Virus record (IMG/VR): IMGVR_UViG_3300037418_004082
DNA from: a virus
Direction: 5' to 3' (one strand)
DNA: 64,000 nucleotides
The notes below the pieces were generated by a model. The model did no database searches, had not been told where the DNA came from, and saw nothing but the letters and a program-made list of their open reading frames with translations. Both the position numbers and the translations under genes were made by a program. Below are positions 52,603 through 62,340 of the stretch, piece after piece; position 1 is the stretch's first letter, and every line of letters begins with the position of its first letter.

Positions 52603-54072
52603 ATGCCGGACGCTGGTATTTTCAACGGTACGCGCATCAAGGACAACTCGACGCCCGACGTCAAGCTGCAGACCATCTCGTCTGCCGGCAAGGTTGCCAA
52701 CAGCGCCACCACGGCCACCAACCTGAACACCGCCTCGGCGATCGTCGCCCGTGACGCCAGCGGCAACTTCGCTGCCGGCCTCATCACCGCTTCCTTCAGC
52801 GGCGACGCCTCCCTGGCGACCAACCTGAACGCCTCGAACCTCGCGTCGGGCACCGTGCCGCTCGCCCGCATCAGCGGCATCACCAACACGGAGATCGCGG
52901 CCGGCGCGGCCATCGTGGACACCAAGCTGGCGACCATCTCGACCGCCGGCAAGGTCGCGAACTCCGCCACCACCGCGACCGCGGCGGCCACCGCTTCCGC
53001 CATCGTGGCGCGCGACGGCTCCGGCGATGCGGCCTTCCACCAGATCACCGTGGCAGTGGACCCCACCTCCGCGCTGCAGGTCGCCACCAAGCAGTACGTG
53101 GACGGCATCGCGACCGGCCTGGAGCTGAAGGCGTCGGTCCGCGCGGCCACCACCGGCGCGCTGCCCGCCAACACCCGCACCGGCAACGTGCTGACGGCCT
53201 CCGCCAACGGCGCGCTCCCCGCGCAGGACGGCGTGACCCTGATCGCGGGCGACCGCATCCTGGTCAAGGACGAAGCGACCGCCGCCAACAACGGCATCTA
53301 CACGGTCACCAACGCCGGTGGCGCCGGTGCCGCGTTCGTGCTGACCCGCTCGGCCGACGCCGACAACTCGCCCGGCCAGGAAGTCTCGGCCGGCATGTTC
53401 ACCTTCGTCGAGGAGGGCACCACCCTCTCCGACACCGGCTGGGTGCTGGTCACCAACAACCCCATCACGCTGAACACGACCTCGCTGTCGTTCAGCCAGT
53501 TCTCCGGCGCCGGCCAGATCGTCGCGGGCAACGGCATCTCGAAGTCGGGCAACACCCTGTCGGTCCTGGCCGATTCTGGTGACGGCTCGATCGCGGTGAC
53601 CGTGTCGGGCGTCAAGGTGGCCGCGAACGGCATCAGCAACAGCCACATCGCGACCAACGCCGCGATCGTGGACACCAAGCTGGCGACGATCAGCACCGCC
53701 GGCAAGGTCGCGAACTCCGCGACCACTGGTACGGCTTCGTCCAACGCCAACACCCTGGCGCTGCGCGACGCCAACGGCCGCACCCAGTTCGCCGACCCGT
53801 CGGCCGCGCAGGACGCCGCGACCAAGAACTACGTGGACGGCAAGATCGCCGGCACCCTGGTGGACAACGAGGTGCCCACCGGCACCATCAACGGCACCAA
53901 CCCGACGTTCACGCTGGCGCACTCCCCGATCTCGGGCTCCACCCACCTCAACGTGGACGGCATCTCCCTGATCGAAGGCGTGCACTACACGCTGACCGGT
54001 TCGACGCTGACCTACGGCACGAACCTGCAGCCCGCCACCGGCGAGACGCACCGCATCTCCTACCGCTACTAA
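52603..54072 (+). CDS. tail-fibre-like structural protein
   Basis: ATKQYVD, RILVKD...NNGIY, LTRSADAD; three KLxTISxAGKVANSATT repeats. Confidence 0.75.
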   Translation: MPDAGIFNGTRIKDNSTPDVKLQTISSAGKVANSATTATNLNTASAIVARDASGNFAAGLITASFSGDASLATNLNASNLASGTVPLARISGITNTEIAAGAAIVDTKLATISTAGKVANSATTATAAATASAIVARDGSGDAAFHQITVAVDPTSALQVATKQYVDGIATGLELKASVRAATTGALPANTRTGNVLTASANGALPAQDGVTLIAGDRILVKDEATAANNGIYTVTNAGGAGAAFVLTRSADADNSPGQEVSAGMFTFVEEGTTLSDTGWVLVTNNPITLNTTSLSFSQFSGAGQIVAGNGISKSGNTLSVLADSGDGSIAVTVSGVKVAANGISNSHIATNAAIVDTKLATISTAGKVANSATTGTASSNANTLALRDANGRTQFADPSAAQDAATKNYVDGKIAGTLVDNEVPTGTINGTNPTFTLAHSPISGSTHLNVDGISLIEGVHYTLTGSTLTYGTNLQPATGETHRISYRY

Positions 54073-54091
54073 TCCTAGCGGGGCTCCAGGA

Positions 54092-54123
54092 GGGCCGGGC
54101 GACCCATAGGGGTTGCCCGGCCC
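54092..54123 (+). terminator. GC-rich hairpin between fibre genes
   Basis: GGGCCGGGCGACCC/GGGTTGCCCGGCCC; weak U-tract. Confidence 0.5.
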
Positions 54124-54175
54124 TTCCGGCTGATAATTCCTTTGAAACACGCGCGCCACGCGCGGGGAGAACGTG

Positions 54176-56170
54176 ATGGCCGACGCCGGTATCTTCAACG
54201 GGACGCGCATCAAGGACAACACCGTCCCGGACATCAAGCTGCAGACGATCAGCACCGCGGGCAAGGTCGCGAACTCGGCCACGACGGCCACGAGCGCCAA
54301 CACGAACTCGGCGATTGTCGCACGTGACGGCAGTGGCGGCTTCAGCGCGGGCGCGGTGAGCGTCACGACGTTGACCACCTCGACAACTGCCGTGAACGCC
54401 AACCGTGCCGCCAACGTGGTGGCACAGGGTGGTTCCGGCGGCGCGACGAACGGCGGCGGCAACAGCGTCTTGTTCGGCCACTCGAACTCGGGTTTCACGG
54501 CGACGCTCGGCGCGTTCAGCGGCCTGGGCTACCCGTTGCTGGGCTTCTATTGCTACCACTCCGCCACCGCGAGCACGATGAAGCGCGCGTCGGCCACGAA
54601 CCTGCCCTCGCTGCTGTACGTGGACACGAACGGCAACCTCGTCTACCAGACCGCACCCGCGGGCACCGTGGACGCCGACATCACGAACTTCACGACGCGC
54701 CTGCAGATCGCGAACACCGGCCAGGTGACGATTGGCGACGGCAGCGGCATCGCCAACCTGGCCGCCGGCAACCTCGCGTCCGGCACCGTCCCCTTGGCGC
54801 GCTTGAGCGGCATCACGACGAGCCAGCTCTCCGCCACCGCGGGCATCGTGTACGCCCAGCTCTCGATCGCGAACTCCATCGTGAACGCCGACATCGCGGC
54901 CGCTGCCGCCATCGCCTACAGCAAGTTGGCCTTGGCGAACTCCATCACGAACGCGGACCTCGCGGGCAGCATCGCCGACACGAAGCTGCTGACCATCAGC
55001 ACCGCGGGCAAGGTGGCGAACAGCGCGACGACCGCGACCAACGCCAACACGGCCAGCGCCATCGTCGCGCGTGACGGGTCGGGCAACTTCGCGGCCAACA
55101 TGATCAGCATCGGTGGCACGCCCACCAACGGCACCGACGTGGCGACCAAGGCGTACGTGGATGCGGCCGTGCAGGGCCTCGACGTCAAGGCCAGCGTGCG
55201 CGTCGCGACGACCGCCGCATTGACCGGCACGTACGCGTCCGGTCCCCAGACCTTCACGCTGACCGCCACGGGCGTGCTCACGATCGACGGCGTTGCCACC
55301 GTGCTGAACGACCGCATCCTCGTGAAGGACCAGGTAACGGCTTCGCAGAACGGCATCTACACCGTGACGACCGCGGGCGCCGTGGGTGTGGCCGCGGTAC
55401 TCACGCGTGCGAGCGACATGAACACCTCCGCCGAAGCGTCGGCGGGCTCGTTCACCTTCGTCGAGGAAGGCACCGTCAACGACAACAGCGGCTGGGTGCT
55501 CACGAGCAACCAGCCCATCACGCTCGACACCACGTCGCTCGCCTTCACGCAGTTCAGCGGCGCGGGCCAAGTGATCGCCGGCAACGGCATCTCGAAGTCC
55601 GGCAACACGTTGAGCGTGCTCAACGCGGACGGCACGATCAGCGTGACCGTGTCCGGCATCGCCGTCGCCACGGGCAGCATCAGCAACACCCACATCGCGA
55701 CGGGCGCGGCCATCGCCTACAGCAAGTTGTCGCTGGGCAATTCGATCGTCAACGCCGACATCGCCGCGGGCGCCGCCATCGTGGACACCAAGCTCGCCAC
55801 CATCAGCACGGCGGGCAAGGTCGCCAACTCCGCGACGACGGGCACCGCATCGAACACCGTCAACACGCTCGTGCTGCGTGACGCGAATGGCCGCACGCAG
55901 ATGGTCGATCCCTCCGCCGCGCAGGACGTGGCGACGCGTAACTTCGTGGATACGCGTCGTGTCAGCGAGGTGCCGTCCGGCACGGTCAACGGTACGAACC
56001 AGACGTTCACGTTGTCGAACACGCCGCGTACCGGGTCGCTCGACCTGTTCTTGAACGGCATTCGCCTGGAGCTGACGACGCACTACACGCTCTCCACGAA
56101 CACCATCACGTTCGTGTCCGGCTTCCAGCCCGATGCCACGGAGAACTTCCGGGCCAACTACCTGCTCTAG
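54176..56170 (+). CDS. tail-fibre-like structural protein, paralog with inserted module
   Basis: Same N-terminus (DAGIFNGTRIKDN) and repeats as 52603; extra segment after residue ~55. Confidence 0.75.
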   Translation: MADAGIFNGTRIKDNTVPDIKLQTISTAGKVANSATTATSANTNSAIVARDGSGGFSAGAVSVTTLTTSTTAVNANRAANVVAQGGSGGATNGGGNSVLFGHSNSGFTATLGAFSGLGYPLLGFYCYHSATASTMKRASATNLPSLLYVDTNGNLVYQTAPAGTVDADITNFTTRLQIANTGQVTIGDGSGIANLAAGNLASGTVPLARLSGITTSQLSATAGIVYAQLSIANSIVNADIAAAAAIAYSKLALANSITNADLAGSIADTKLLTISTAGKVANSATTATNANTASAIVARDGSGNFAANMISIGGTPTNGTDVATKAYVDAAVQGLDVKASVRVATTAALTGTYASGPQTFTLTATGVLTIDGVATVLNDRILVKDQVTASQNGIYTVTTAGAVGVAAVLTRASDMNTSAEASAGSFTFVEEGTVNDNSGWVLTSNQPITLDTTSLAFTQFSGAGQVIAGNGISKSGNTLSVLNADGTISVTVSGIAVATGSISNTHIATGAAIAYSKLSLGNSIVNADIAAGAAIVDTKLATISTAGKVANSATTGTASNTVNTLVLRDANGRTQMVDPSAAQDVATRNFVDTRRVSEVPSGTVNGTNQTFTLSNTPRTGSLDLFLNGIRLELTTHYTLSTNTITFVSGFQPDATENFRANYLL

Positions 56171-56233
56171 CCCCGGATGGGGTGAACCACCACCGCCTGC
56201 TGATAATTCAAACGGCACGCACAGGAGACACGC

Positions 56234-57343
56234 ATGGCGTACGATTCGACCGGACCCGGGGCCCACATCCCGGTCAAGCGCATCAAGCCGATCACCGCCG
56301 ACTGGATCGGCGATGCGAATGGCACGGGCACGAACCCCAACCTGCAGGGGTATCTCGATCTGCGTCGCCGCTACCGCGGCAACGTGGCGAACGTCGCCGC
56401 GCTCCCCAGCTCGAACCTCGTGAACGGTGACTGGGTCCTGGTGCTCGACGACGGCAGCGGAAGCCCGGCCATCAAGGTCTACGACCTGGCGAGCACGAGC
56501 TGGAAGTCGATCTCCAGCGGTGGCACCGCGGGCGTGGACGGCGCGTACGTGCTGGTCTCGCCGACCTCCACCAACGTCTACCCGCTGCCCTACTCGAAGC
56601 TGAACGAGAAGGTCTTCCTGGGCGGCATCCCGCAGGTACAGGGCACCGACTACACGCTCGACGGCGCCGGCAACTTCAGCTTCGTGGGCGGCCAGCCGGC
56701 CTCGAATCTCGACGTCCTCGTGACGTGCTCCACCACCTACACCGCGAGCAGCGCGGGCGGCGGCGCGATGTCCACCCCCGTGATCGTGGCGGCCGACGCC
56801 GGCACCAGCAACGCGACCTACACGCTGCCGGGCTCCGGCCTGAACGAGTGGGTCTTCAAGGGCGGCGCGGTCCAGGTGCTCGGCACGGACTACACGAAGT
56901 CGAGCGGCAAGATCACTTTCGTCGCGGGTAACATCCCGGCCACGTCGCCGTCGGAGCCCGTGATCATCTCGTGCTCGATCGCGCCGATGCTCGGAACCGA
57001 CGCGGTCACGCTGGGCGGCCACGCGAGCACCTACTTCAAGCCGGTGGACACCGTCGTGAAGCAGACCGGTCTCGCGTCGAACCACACGATGGCCGCGTGG
57101 GAAGCGTTCCTGCTCACGTTGACGGGCCCGACCACGAACAAGGTCGTCGTGCCCGCCGCGAGCACCGCCGGCCAACAGGTGACCATCAAAGACGTGGGCA
57201 ACAGCTTCGGTGCGTACAACGTGCAGGTGATCCCCAGCGGCACGGACACGATCGAAGGCGACACGAGCGGCATGCTGATGAACCAGAGCCGGATGTCCAT
57301 CACCCTCATGTCGGACGGCGTGGGCGGCTGGTGGCTGATCTAA
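56234..57343 (+). CDS. structural protein with tandem Ig-like modules
   Basis: Two F.GG..QV.GTDYT units; C-terminal IKD.G...I.G...DTI.G module. Confidence 0.7.
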   Translation: MAYDSTGPGAHIPVKRIKPITADWIGDANGTGTNPNLQGYLDLRRRYRGNVANVAALPSSNLVNGDWVLVLDDGSGSPAIKVYDLASTSWKSISSGGTAGVDGAYVLVSPTSTNVYPLPYSKLNEKVFLGGIPQVQGTDYTLDGAGNFSFVGGQPASNLDVLVTCSTTYTASSAGGGAMSTPVIVAADAGTSNATYTLPGSGLNEWVFKGGAVQVLGTDYTKSSGKITFVAGNIPATSPSEPVIISCSIAPMLGTDAVTLGGHASTYFKPVDTVVKQTGLASNHTMAAWEAFLLTLTGPTTNKVVVPAASTAGQQVTIKDVGNSFGAYNVQVIPSGTDTIEGDTSGMLMNQSRMSITLMSDGVGGWWLI

Positions 57344-57355
57344 GGAGACGAGACG

Positions 57356-58294
57356 ATGACGTACATCCCCGGTTCTTCGGCCGCGGCCAGCCAGACCGTC
57401 TTCCCCTACGCGGGTAACACGGCCTTGCCCGACCTCTACGTGCCTGCAGGCCAGAGCGTCAACCACGACAGCACGAAGCAGTACAACGAGATCTTCGTCG
57501 AGAAGGGCGGCACGCTCACCATGTCGGGCTCGCTGGCGATCATGAAGATTCGCTGCCTGACCCTGATCGTGGCCGGCACGGTTCACGTGGACGGCCTGGG
57601 CTTGGCTGGTGGCGCGGGTGCCGCGGCGCCCGGGGGTACGTCCCAGGTGTCCGGCTCGTCGGGCACGGCCGGCACCGGCGTGAATGGTAACGCGTCCGCG
57701 GGCGCTGGCGGCACGGCGTCCGGCGCGGCCGGTCAGCAGTGCGGTGGCGGTGGTGGCGGCGCGGCCGGCACGCACAACACCGCGGGTACGACGGGCACCA
57801 CCGGTGCGACCGGTTCCAGCGGCGGCGCGGGTGGCGCGGGCGGCTCTTCCGCCGGCAGCACCTACAACGAAGCCACGGGTGGCCGCTTTGGCTCCGGTGG
57901 TGGCGGTGGCGGCTCGGGCGGCGTCGGTGCGGGCGGTGGCCTGGGTGGCAGCGGCGGCGGCGCGGGCGGCGCGGGCGGTGGCATCATCGACATCTTCGCC
58001 CAGACGGTGACGATCCTCGCGGGCGGCATCATCTCGGCCAACGGCGCCAACGGCACCACGGGCGCGGCCAGTGCGGTCAACGGCACCAACAATGGCGGCG
58101 GCGGCGGTGGAGGTGGCGGCGGCGGTGCCGGCGGCACCGTGAAGGTCCGCTACACCGGCACTTACACCAACAACGGCACCGTGCGTGCCAACGGCGGTTC
58201 GGCGGGTTCGGGCGGCAGCAGCAGCACGGGCGGTGTCGGCGGCGCGGGTGGTGTCGGCGGCACGGGCGTCGTGGACGTCGCGCAGACGACGTAA
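57356..58294 (+). CDS. Gly-rich fibre-like protein
   Basis: Poly-Gly tracts; IDIFAQTVTI...ISANG. Confidence 0.75.
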   Translation: MTYIPGSSAAASQTVFPYAGNTALPDLYVPAGQSVNHDSTKQYNEIFVEKGGTLTMSGSLAIMKIRCLTLIVAGTVHVDGLGLAGGAGAAAPGGTSQVSGSSGTAGTGVNGNASAGAGGTASGAAGQQCGGGGGGAAGTHNTAGTTGTTGATGSSGGAGGAGGSSAGSTYNEATGGRFGSGGGGGGSGGVGAGGGLGGSGGGAGGAGGGIIDIFAQTVTILAGGIISANGANGTTGAASAVNGTNNGGGGGGGGGGGAGGTVKVRYTGTYTNNGTVRANGGSAGSGGSSSTGGVGGAGGVGGTGVVDVAQTT

Positions 58295-58304
58295 GGAGTA
58301 GCCG

Positions 58305-58619
58305 ATGTCTCGCAAGGGAGCACGTAACGCGACGCGTCGCGCCATCACGAACGTCTCGACCGCCACGTACACCGTCAAGTCGGACGACGATTACATCTGC
58401 GTGAACCGCAACGGCGCCGTCACGCTCACGCTGCCGGGCACGCCCACGCAGGGTGACGAGTACGAGATCAAGGACGATGGTGGCTTTGTGTCCGCGTCCC
58501 AACCTCTCACGCTCAACGGAAACGGCAAGCTCATCGACGGCGCGAGCACGTTCGTGATGGACGGCGCCAAGTCCGCGATCAAGGTCACGTACAACGGTAC
58601 GCAGTACAACGTCAGCTAA
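58305..58619 (+). CDS. small structural module protein
   Basis: TLTLP..P..GDEYEIKD..G...L..NG..IDG, as in the C-terminus of 56234. Confidence 0.7.
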   Translation: MSRKGARNATRRAITNVSTATYTVKSDDDYICVNRNGAVTLTLPGTPTQGDEYEIKDDGGFVSASQPLTLNGNGKLIDGASTFVMDGAKSAIKVTYNGTQYNVS

Positions 58620-58630
58620 GGAGCATCACC

Positions 58631-59524
58631 ATGGCCTACCCCGGAACTTCGAGCGCGAGTTCGGCGACGAGCGGTTTGTCTTCGGGCACCGTCCTGAACG
58701 ACCTGTACGTCAGCGCGGGCACGACCGTCAACCTCGACAGCCTGACCGACAAGCAGTTCAACGAGGTCTTCGTCGAAAAGGGCGGCACGCTGTCCGTCGC
58801 CGCGGCGTCGTCTGCCATCCTCAAGCTGCGCTGTAAGACCCTGGTCTTGAACGGCACCATCTCCGTGGACGCCAAGGGCAACCCCGGCGGCACCGGTGGC
58901 GCGACCGGCACCAGTGGTGGCGCGGGCTCGCCGGGTAGCGCGGGCACCGGGCCCAACGGCAACAACGGGGCCGGTGCGGCGGGCGCCTCGGGGGCCAACG
59001 GCGGTGGCGGTGGCGCGGGCGCATCGCACGGCAGCACGGGCACGAACGGGACGGCTGCTGTTCAAGGTGGCGCGCTTGGCGGCACCGCTGGTGGCAGCTA
59101 CACCGAAACCTCGGCCGGTCGTCAGGGTGGCGGAGGTGGCGGTGGCGGTGGCGCGGGTGCCGCGAACTCTTCGGCCGGCAATGGTGGCAATGGTGGCAAT
59201 GGCGGTGGCGTCATCGACATCCTTGCCCAGGACATCACGATCGGCTCGGCTGGCGTGATCACGGCCAACGGCGGCGGCGGCGGAGGTGGCGGTGGCGGCT
59301 TGACCGGCTCGCCCAACTTCGGCGGCGGTGGTGGTGGTGGCGGTGGTGGCGGTGCCGGCGGCACCGTGAAGATTCGCTACACCAACTCCTACACCAACAA
59401 CGGCACCGTGCGCGCCAATGGTGGTGCAGCCGGAACGGGCGGCACCAACCAGTTCAGCTCCGCGAGCGGCGGCAACGGCGGCGCGGGTGCGAACGGCATC
59501 GTGGACGTCGCGCAGACGACCTAA
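58631..59524 (+). CDS. Gly-rich fibre-like protein, paralog of 57356
   Basis: Shares NE.FVEKGGTL, LKxRC.TL, TVK.RYT..YTNNGTVRANGG and VDVAQTT*. Confidence 0.8.
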   Translation: MAYPGTSSASSATSGLSSGTVLNDLYVSAGTTVNLDSLTDKQFNEVFVEKGGTLSVAAASSAILKLRCKTLVLNGTISVDAKGNPGGTGGATGTSGGAGSPGSAGTGPNGNNGAGAAGASGANGGGGGAGASHGSTGTNGTAAVQGGALGGTAGGSYTETSAGRQGGGGGGGGGAGAANSSAGNGGNGGNGGGVIDILAQDITIGSAGVITANGGGGGGGGGGLTGSPNFGGGGGGGGGGGAGGTVKIRYTNSYTNNGTVRANGGAAGTGGTNQFSSASGGNGGAGANGIVDVAQTT

Positions 59525-59554
59525 CGACATCTGATACGAAAGGAACACCGTCCC

Positions 59555-60139
59555 ATGCAAGTCATCGTGGTTCAGTCCCAGCACGACGCGGCCTCCCGCG
59601 CTCTGGTCGCCGCTCTCGAAGCGGCCGGCGCGCAGGTCACCCTGCTCGACGCCTACAGCCCGGCGGACGAAGCGGCCGTCAACGAGCTGCCCGTGCAGGT
59701 GACGCACCTGCCCTGCGTGGCGATCAAGCACGGCGCGACCGTGGTGGCAGAGCTGCAGCACGAGCTGCTCGACGTCGCCTCCGTGGTGGCCTTCGCCAAG
59801 GGTGTCCTGCCCGCCGTGATCGAGGTGCCGCGCGTGAACTGGGTGACGGGTAGCCCCGTCCAGCTCAAGGCCGTCTCGTCGTCCTCGTCGGACGCCGCGG
59901 CCGTGCGCGTGTCGGTGGACGGCGCGGCCGTGGCCCAGGCCACGCGCACCGTGGTCACGCCCGCCGAAGACCCGGAGGATCCGCCGGTCGTCGCGCACGA
60001 GCCCGTCTCGTTCGTGAACGGCGTCGCGACGTTCGACGTGACCTTCGCGGAGCCCGGCACGCACACCGTCACCATCGGCGACTTCGTCGCGACCTTCGAA
60101 GTGGCCGAAGCGCCGCCGGCTCCCGCGCCCGAAGAGTAA
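59555..60139 (+). CDS. hypothetical protein, thioredoxin-like N-terminus and Ig-like C-terminus
   Basis: VTHLPCVAI cis-Pro-like motif without CxxC; GVATFDVTF.EPGTHTV. Confidence 0.5.
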   Translation: MQVIVVQSQHDAASRALVAALEAAGAQVTLLDAYSPADEAAVNELPVQVTHLPCVAIKHGATVVAELQHELLDVASVVAFAKGVLPAVIEVPRVNWVTGSPVQLKAVSSSSSDAAAVRVSVDGAAVAQATRTVVTPAEDPEDPPVVAHEPVSFVNGVATFDVTFAEPGTHTVTIGDFVATFEVAEAPPAPAPEE

Positions 60140-60163
60140 GCCCACCACGAGGAGCACCCGCCC

Positions 60164-60595
60164 ATGCCTGGCATTCACGAGCAAGAAGTCAAGAGCCTGG
60201 AGACCGCTATGTTCGAGGCGTCGGGGTCCTACCCCAGCACGTTCACGAACATCGGTCCCGCGTTCGTCGCGCCCTACGACCTCACCGTCGTGAGCGTCGA
60301 GGTGATCGTGGAGGCCAACGGGTCGGGCGGTGGCTACAGCGAGTTCGACGTCGTGGCCGGTGCGTCTGGTAACGCGCCTGCCACGATCCTCTCGACCAAG
60401 CCTCGCGTGCCGGGTAACGGCGGCGTGTGGGGTAGGTCGGGCGTGACGGCAAGCAGCGTGGCCGCCGTAGTGAACGGCACGGGAAACTACGCGAAGGGCA
60501 CGATCTTCTCGTGCAACATCACGTCGGCTGGCAACCAGCCGCCCACCACTAACCCGGTTTCGGCGACGGTCGTCATGACCTACAGGAGGCAGTAA
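60164..60595 (+). CDS. putative structural beta-sandwich protein
   Basis: 143 aa after GAGGAG. Confidence 0.65.
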   Translation: MPGIHEQEVKSLETAMFEASGSYPSTFTNIGPAFVAPYDLTVVSVEVIVEANGSGGGYSEFDVVAGASGNAPATILSTKPRVPGNGGVWGRSGVTASSVAAVVNGTGNYAKGTIFSCNITSAGNQPPTTNPVSATVVMTYRRQ

Positions 60596-60598
60596 GCC

Positions 60599-61102
60599 AT
60601 GGGTACGTTCAACACTGGCAGCACCGGGGGCTCTATCTCCGCTGTAGGTTCCGTCCGCGACCTGTTCACGGTGGACAAGCACAAGGTCCTCAACCTGACG
60701 TCTGGCTCCTACACGGTCCCGGCGGGCAAGACTTTCTACATGATCGCCGCCTACATGGTGACCGCGGCGGGCGCGGCCCGCATCATGTACACGCCGTCGG
60801 GTGGCTCTGCCACGGCCTTGATGGGCAACATCAACGTCAACACCGCCAAGGTGGTCTGCGACACCCTGCCCATCGTAGGCGGCGCCGCGGGAGTCTACCC
60901 GAACGCCTTGTGGTCCTACCCGACCCCGGGCACCATCACCACCAGCGCCGCGCCGGGCCAACTCTCCGACCCGGCCGCCTTGCCCGCTTCTACTGCTCTC
61001 GTCACGCGCGTCGCGGGTTGGTATATCCACGCGTTCCCCGCCGGCACCGTGATCGCGAACGAGTCCGGCATGGCCGCCCAGATCCAGGGCTTCGAAGTCT
61101 AA
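60599..61102 (+). CDS. putative structural protein
   Basis: YTVPAGKTFY...FPAGTVI. Confidence 0.65.
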   Translation: MGTFNTGSTGGSISAVGSVRDLFTVDKHKVLNLTSGSYTVPAGKTFYMIAAYMVTAAGAARIMYTPSGGSATALMGNINVNTAKVVCDTLPIVGGAAGVYPNALWSYPTPGTITTSAAPGQLSDPAALPASTALVTRVAGWYIHAFPAGTVIANESGMAAQIQGFEV

Positions 61103-61116
61103 GGAGGACATCGCAC

Positions 61117-61410
61117 ATGTGGTTTATCATCGACGGGGAGACGCAGATGCGGATGTCGAACGCCAACGACGACGTCATCAAGGACGCGCTGGTCGGGCAC
61201 TACCCCACGGCCACGCTCTACCGCCACGCGTCGGACGCCGACCACGCCGCGGCGCTCGCGCACCTGGATGCGGGCACCGTGGAGGACGGCGTCTTCCACT
61301 CGGCCAACAACACGGGCAGCGTGAACCTCGCGGTGAACCCGCCGGTGTTCGAGCTGCGTGACGCCGACGACACGGTGGTCGCCAGCCAGCCGTTGGAGCT
61401 GGTCTCCTAG
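61117..61410 (+). CDS. hypothetical protein
   Basis: MWFIIDG... after AAGGAGG. Confidence 0.7.
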   Translation: MWFIIDGETQMRMSNANDDVIKDALVGHYPTATLYRHASDADHAAALAHLDAGTVEDGVFHSANNTGSVNLAVNPPVFELRDADDTVVASQPLELVS

Positions 61411-61436
61411 CAGCCAACCATATTTATCGTCTCCCG

Positions 61437-61474
61437 GACCCGCGCCTGATAATTCCACCAGGCGCGGGTCTTTG
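61437..61474 (+). terminator. 12-bp hairpin overlapping the TGATAATTC motif
   Basis: GACCCGCGCCTG/CAGGCGCGGGTC followed by TTTG. Confidence 0.65.
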
Positions 61475-61493
61475 TCGTGTCGGGAGACGGTCA

Positions 61494-62018
61494 ATGTTTG
61501 CCTGGTTCGTGAAGGGTTTCAATTGGCTCAAGCTGTGCTGGTCCGCCGTGATCAGCGCGTGCTTCCGCTTGGAGCGCCGCGCGATCGGCCCCTTCGCCTC
61601 GCCCGTCGAGGTCTGGCAGTACCTGGAGCGGCACTACACCTACACCGGCGACAAGCTGCTCGGCATGAACGTGGACTTCTACATGGACCCGTTCAAGTTC
61701 CAGACGGCCATGGAGCTGGGCAAGGCCAAGGACCTGCCGATCGACTGCGACGACGTGGCGAGCTGGGCGTACCACGCGCTTCTCACGGTGCCGAACTGCA
61801 AGCCGCGTGTGATGGTCCTGCATGACGCGCCGCCGTACGACGGGTGCCACTGCATCTGCGTGTTCGAACTCGACGGCAAGTACGGCGCGATCGACACGAA
61901 CGGCTTGTCCACGCTGCCGGACCTCTCGGAAGCGACCATCTGCGCCCACTGGAAAGCGTTGTACGCCGCTTCCCACTACGAGTACCACACGGCAACGGTG
62001 GTCACGTGTCCCTGGTAG
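61494..62018 (+). CDS. transglutaminase-like cysteine protease (BTLCP-like)
   Basis: IDCDDVA (cf. GDCEDYA), HCICV, AIDT give a Cys-His-Asp triad. Confidence 0.7.
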   Translation: MFAWFVKGFNWLKLCWSAVISACFRLERRAIGPFASPVEVWQYLERHYTYTGDKLLGMNVDFYMDPFKFQTAMELGKAKDLPIDCDDVASWAYHALLTVPNCKPRVMVLHDAPPYDGCHCICVFELDGKYGAIDTNGLSTLPDLSEATICAHWKALYAASHYEYHTATVVTCPW

Positions 62019-62038
62019 ACGAGAAGGAGCGCCCGGCC

Positions 62039-62329
62039 ATGGCGAACGAGAAAGAGATTCACGACGCCCTGACCGCGATGGAGCACCGCAACCAGGAGCG
62101 TCACGAGGCCCAGATGGCGATCCTCCAGGGTCGTCACGACGACAACGGCCAGTGGCACCCCGGCATCGCGCCGCGGCTTGTCGAGCTGGAGAAGTGGAAG
62201 CTGCTCAAGGAGCAGCAGGACCTGGAGCACGCCAAGCACCAGCTCACCTGGAAGCACGGCGCGGCCATCACGTTCCTGTCGGTGGGCCTCTCCAAGCTCA
62301 TCGACTTCATCAGCACCCACATGAAGTAA
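62039..62329 (+). CDS. putative holin / XhlA-like coiled-coil plus TM protein
   Basis: Coiled coil, then a C-terminal hydrophobic helix; directly upstream of the endolysin. Confidence 0.55.
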   Translation: MANEKEIHDALTAMEHRNQERHEAQMAILQGRHDDNGQWHPGIAPRLVELEKWKLLKEQQDLEHAKHQLTWKHGAAITFLSVGLSKLIDFISTHMK

Positions 62330-62340
62330 GGAGGCTCGTC

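Noticed and set aside
53948-58378. 1476-aa minus-strand ORF and similar long antisense or alternate-frame ORFs (e.g. 3953..5515, 10864..12561, 19244..21199, 45283..47481, 58616..61111)
   Set aside because: These are shadow frames of GC3-biased real genes, with Arg/Gly/Ala-rich composition and no motifs.
52603-59524. Diversity-generating retroelement acting on fibres
   Set aside because: No reverse transcriptase, and the repeats differ at synonymous positions rather than specifically at adenines.
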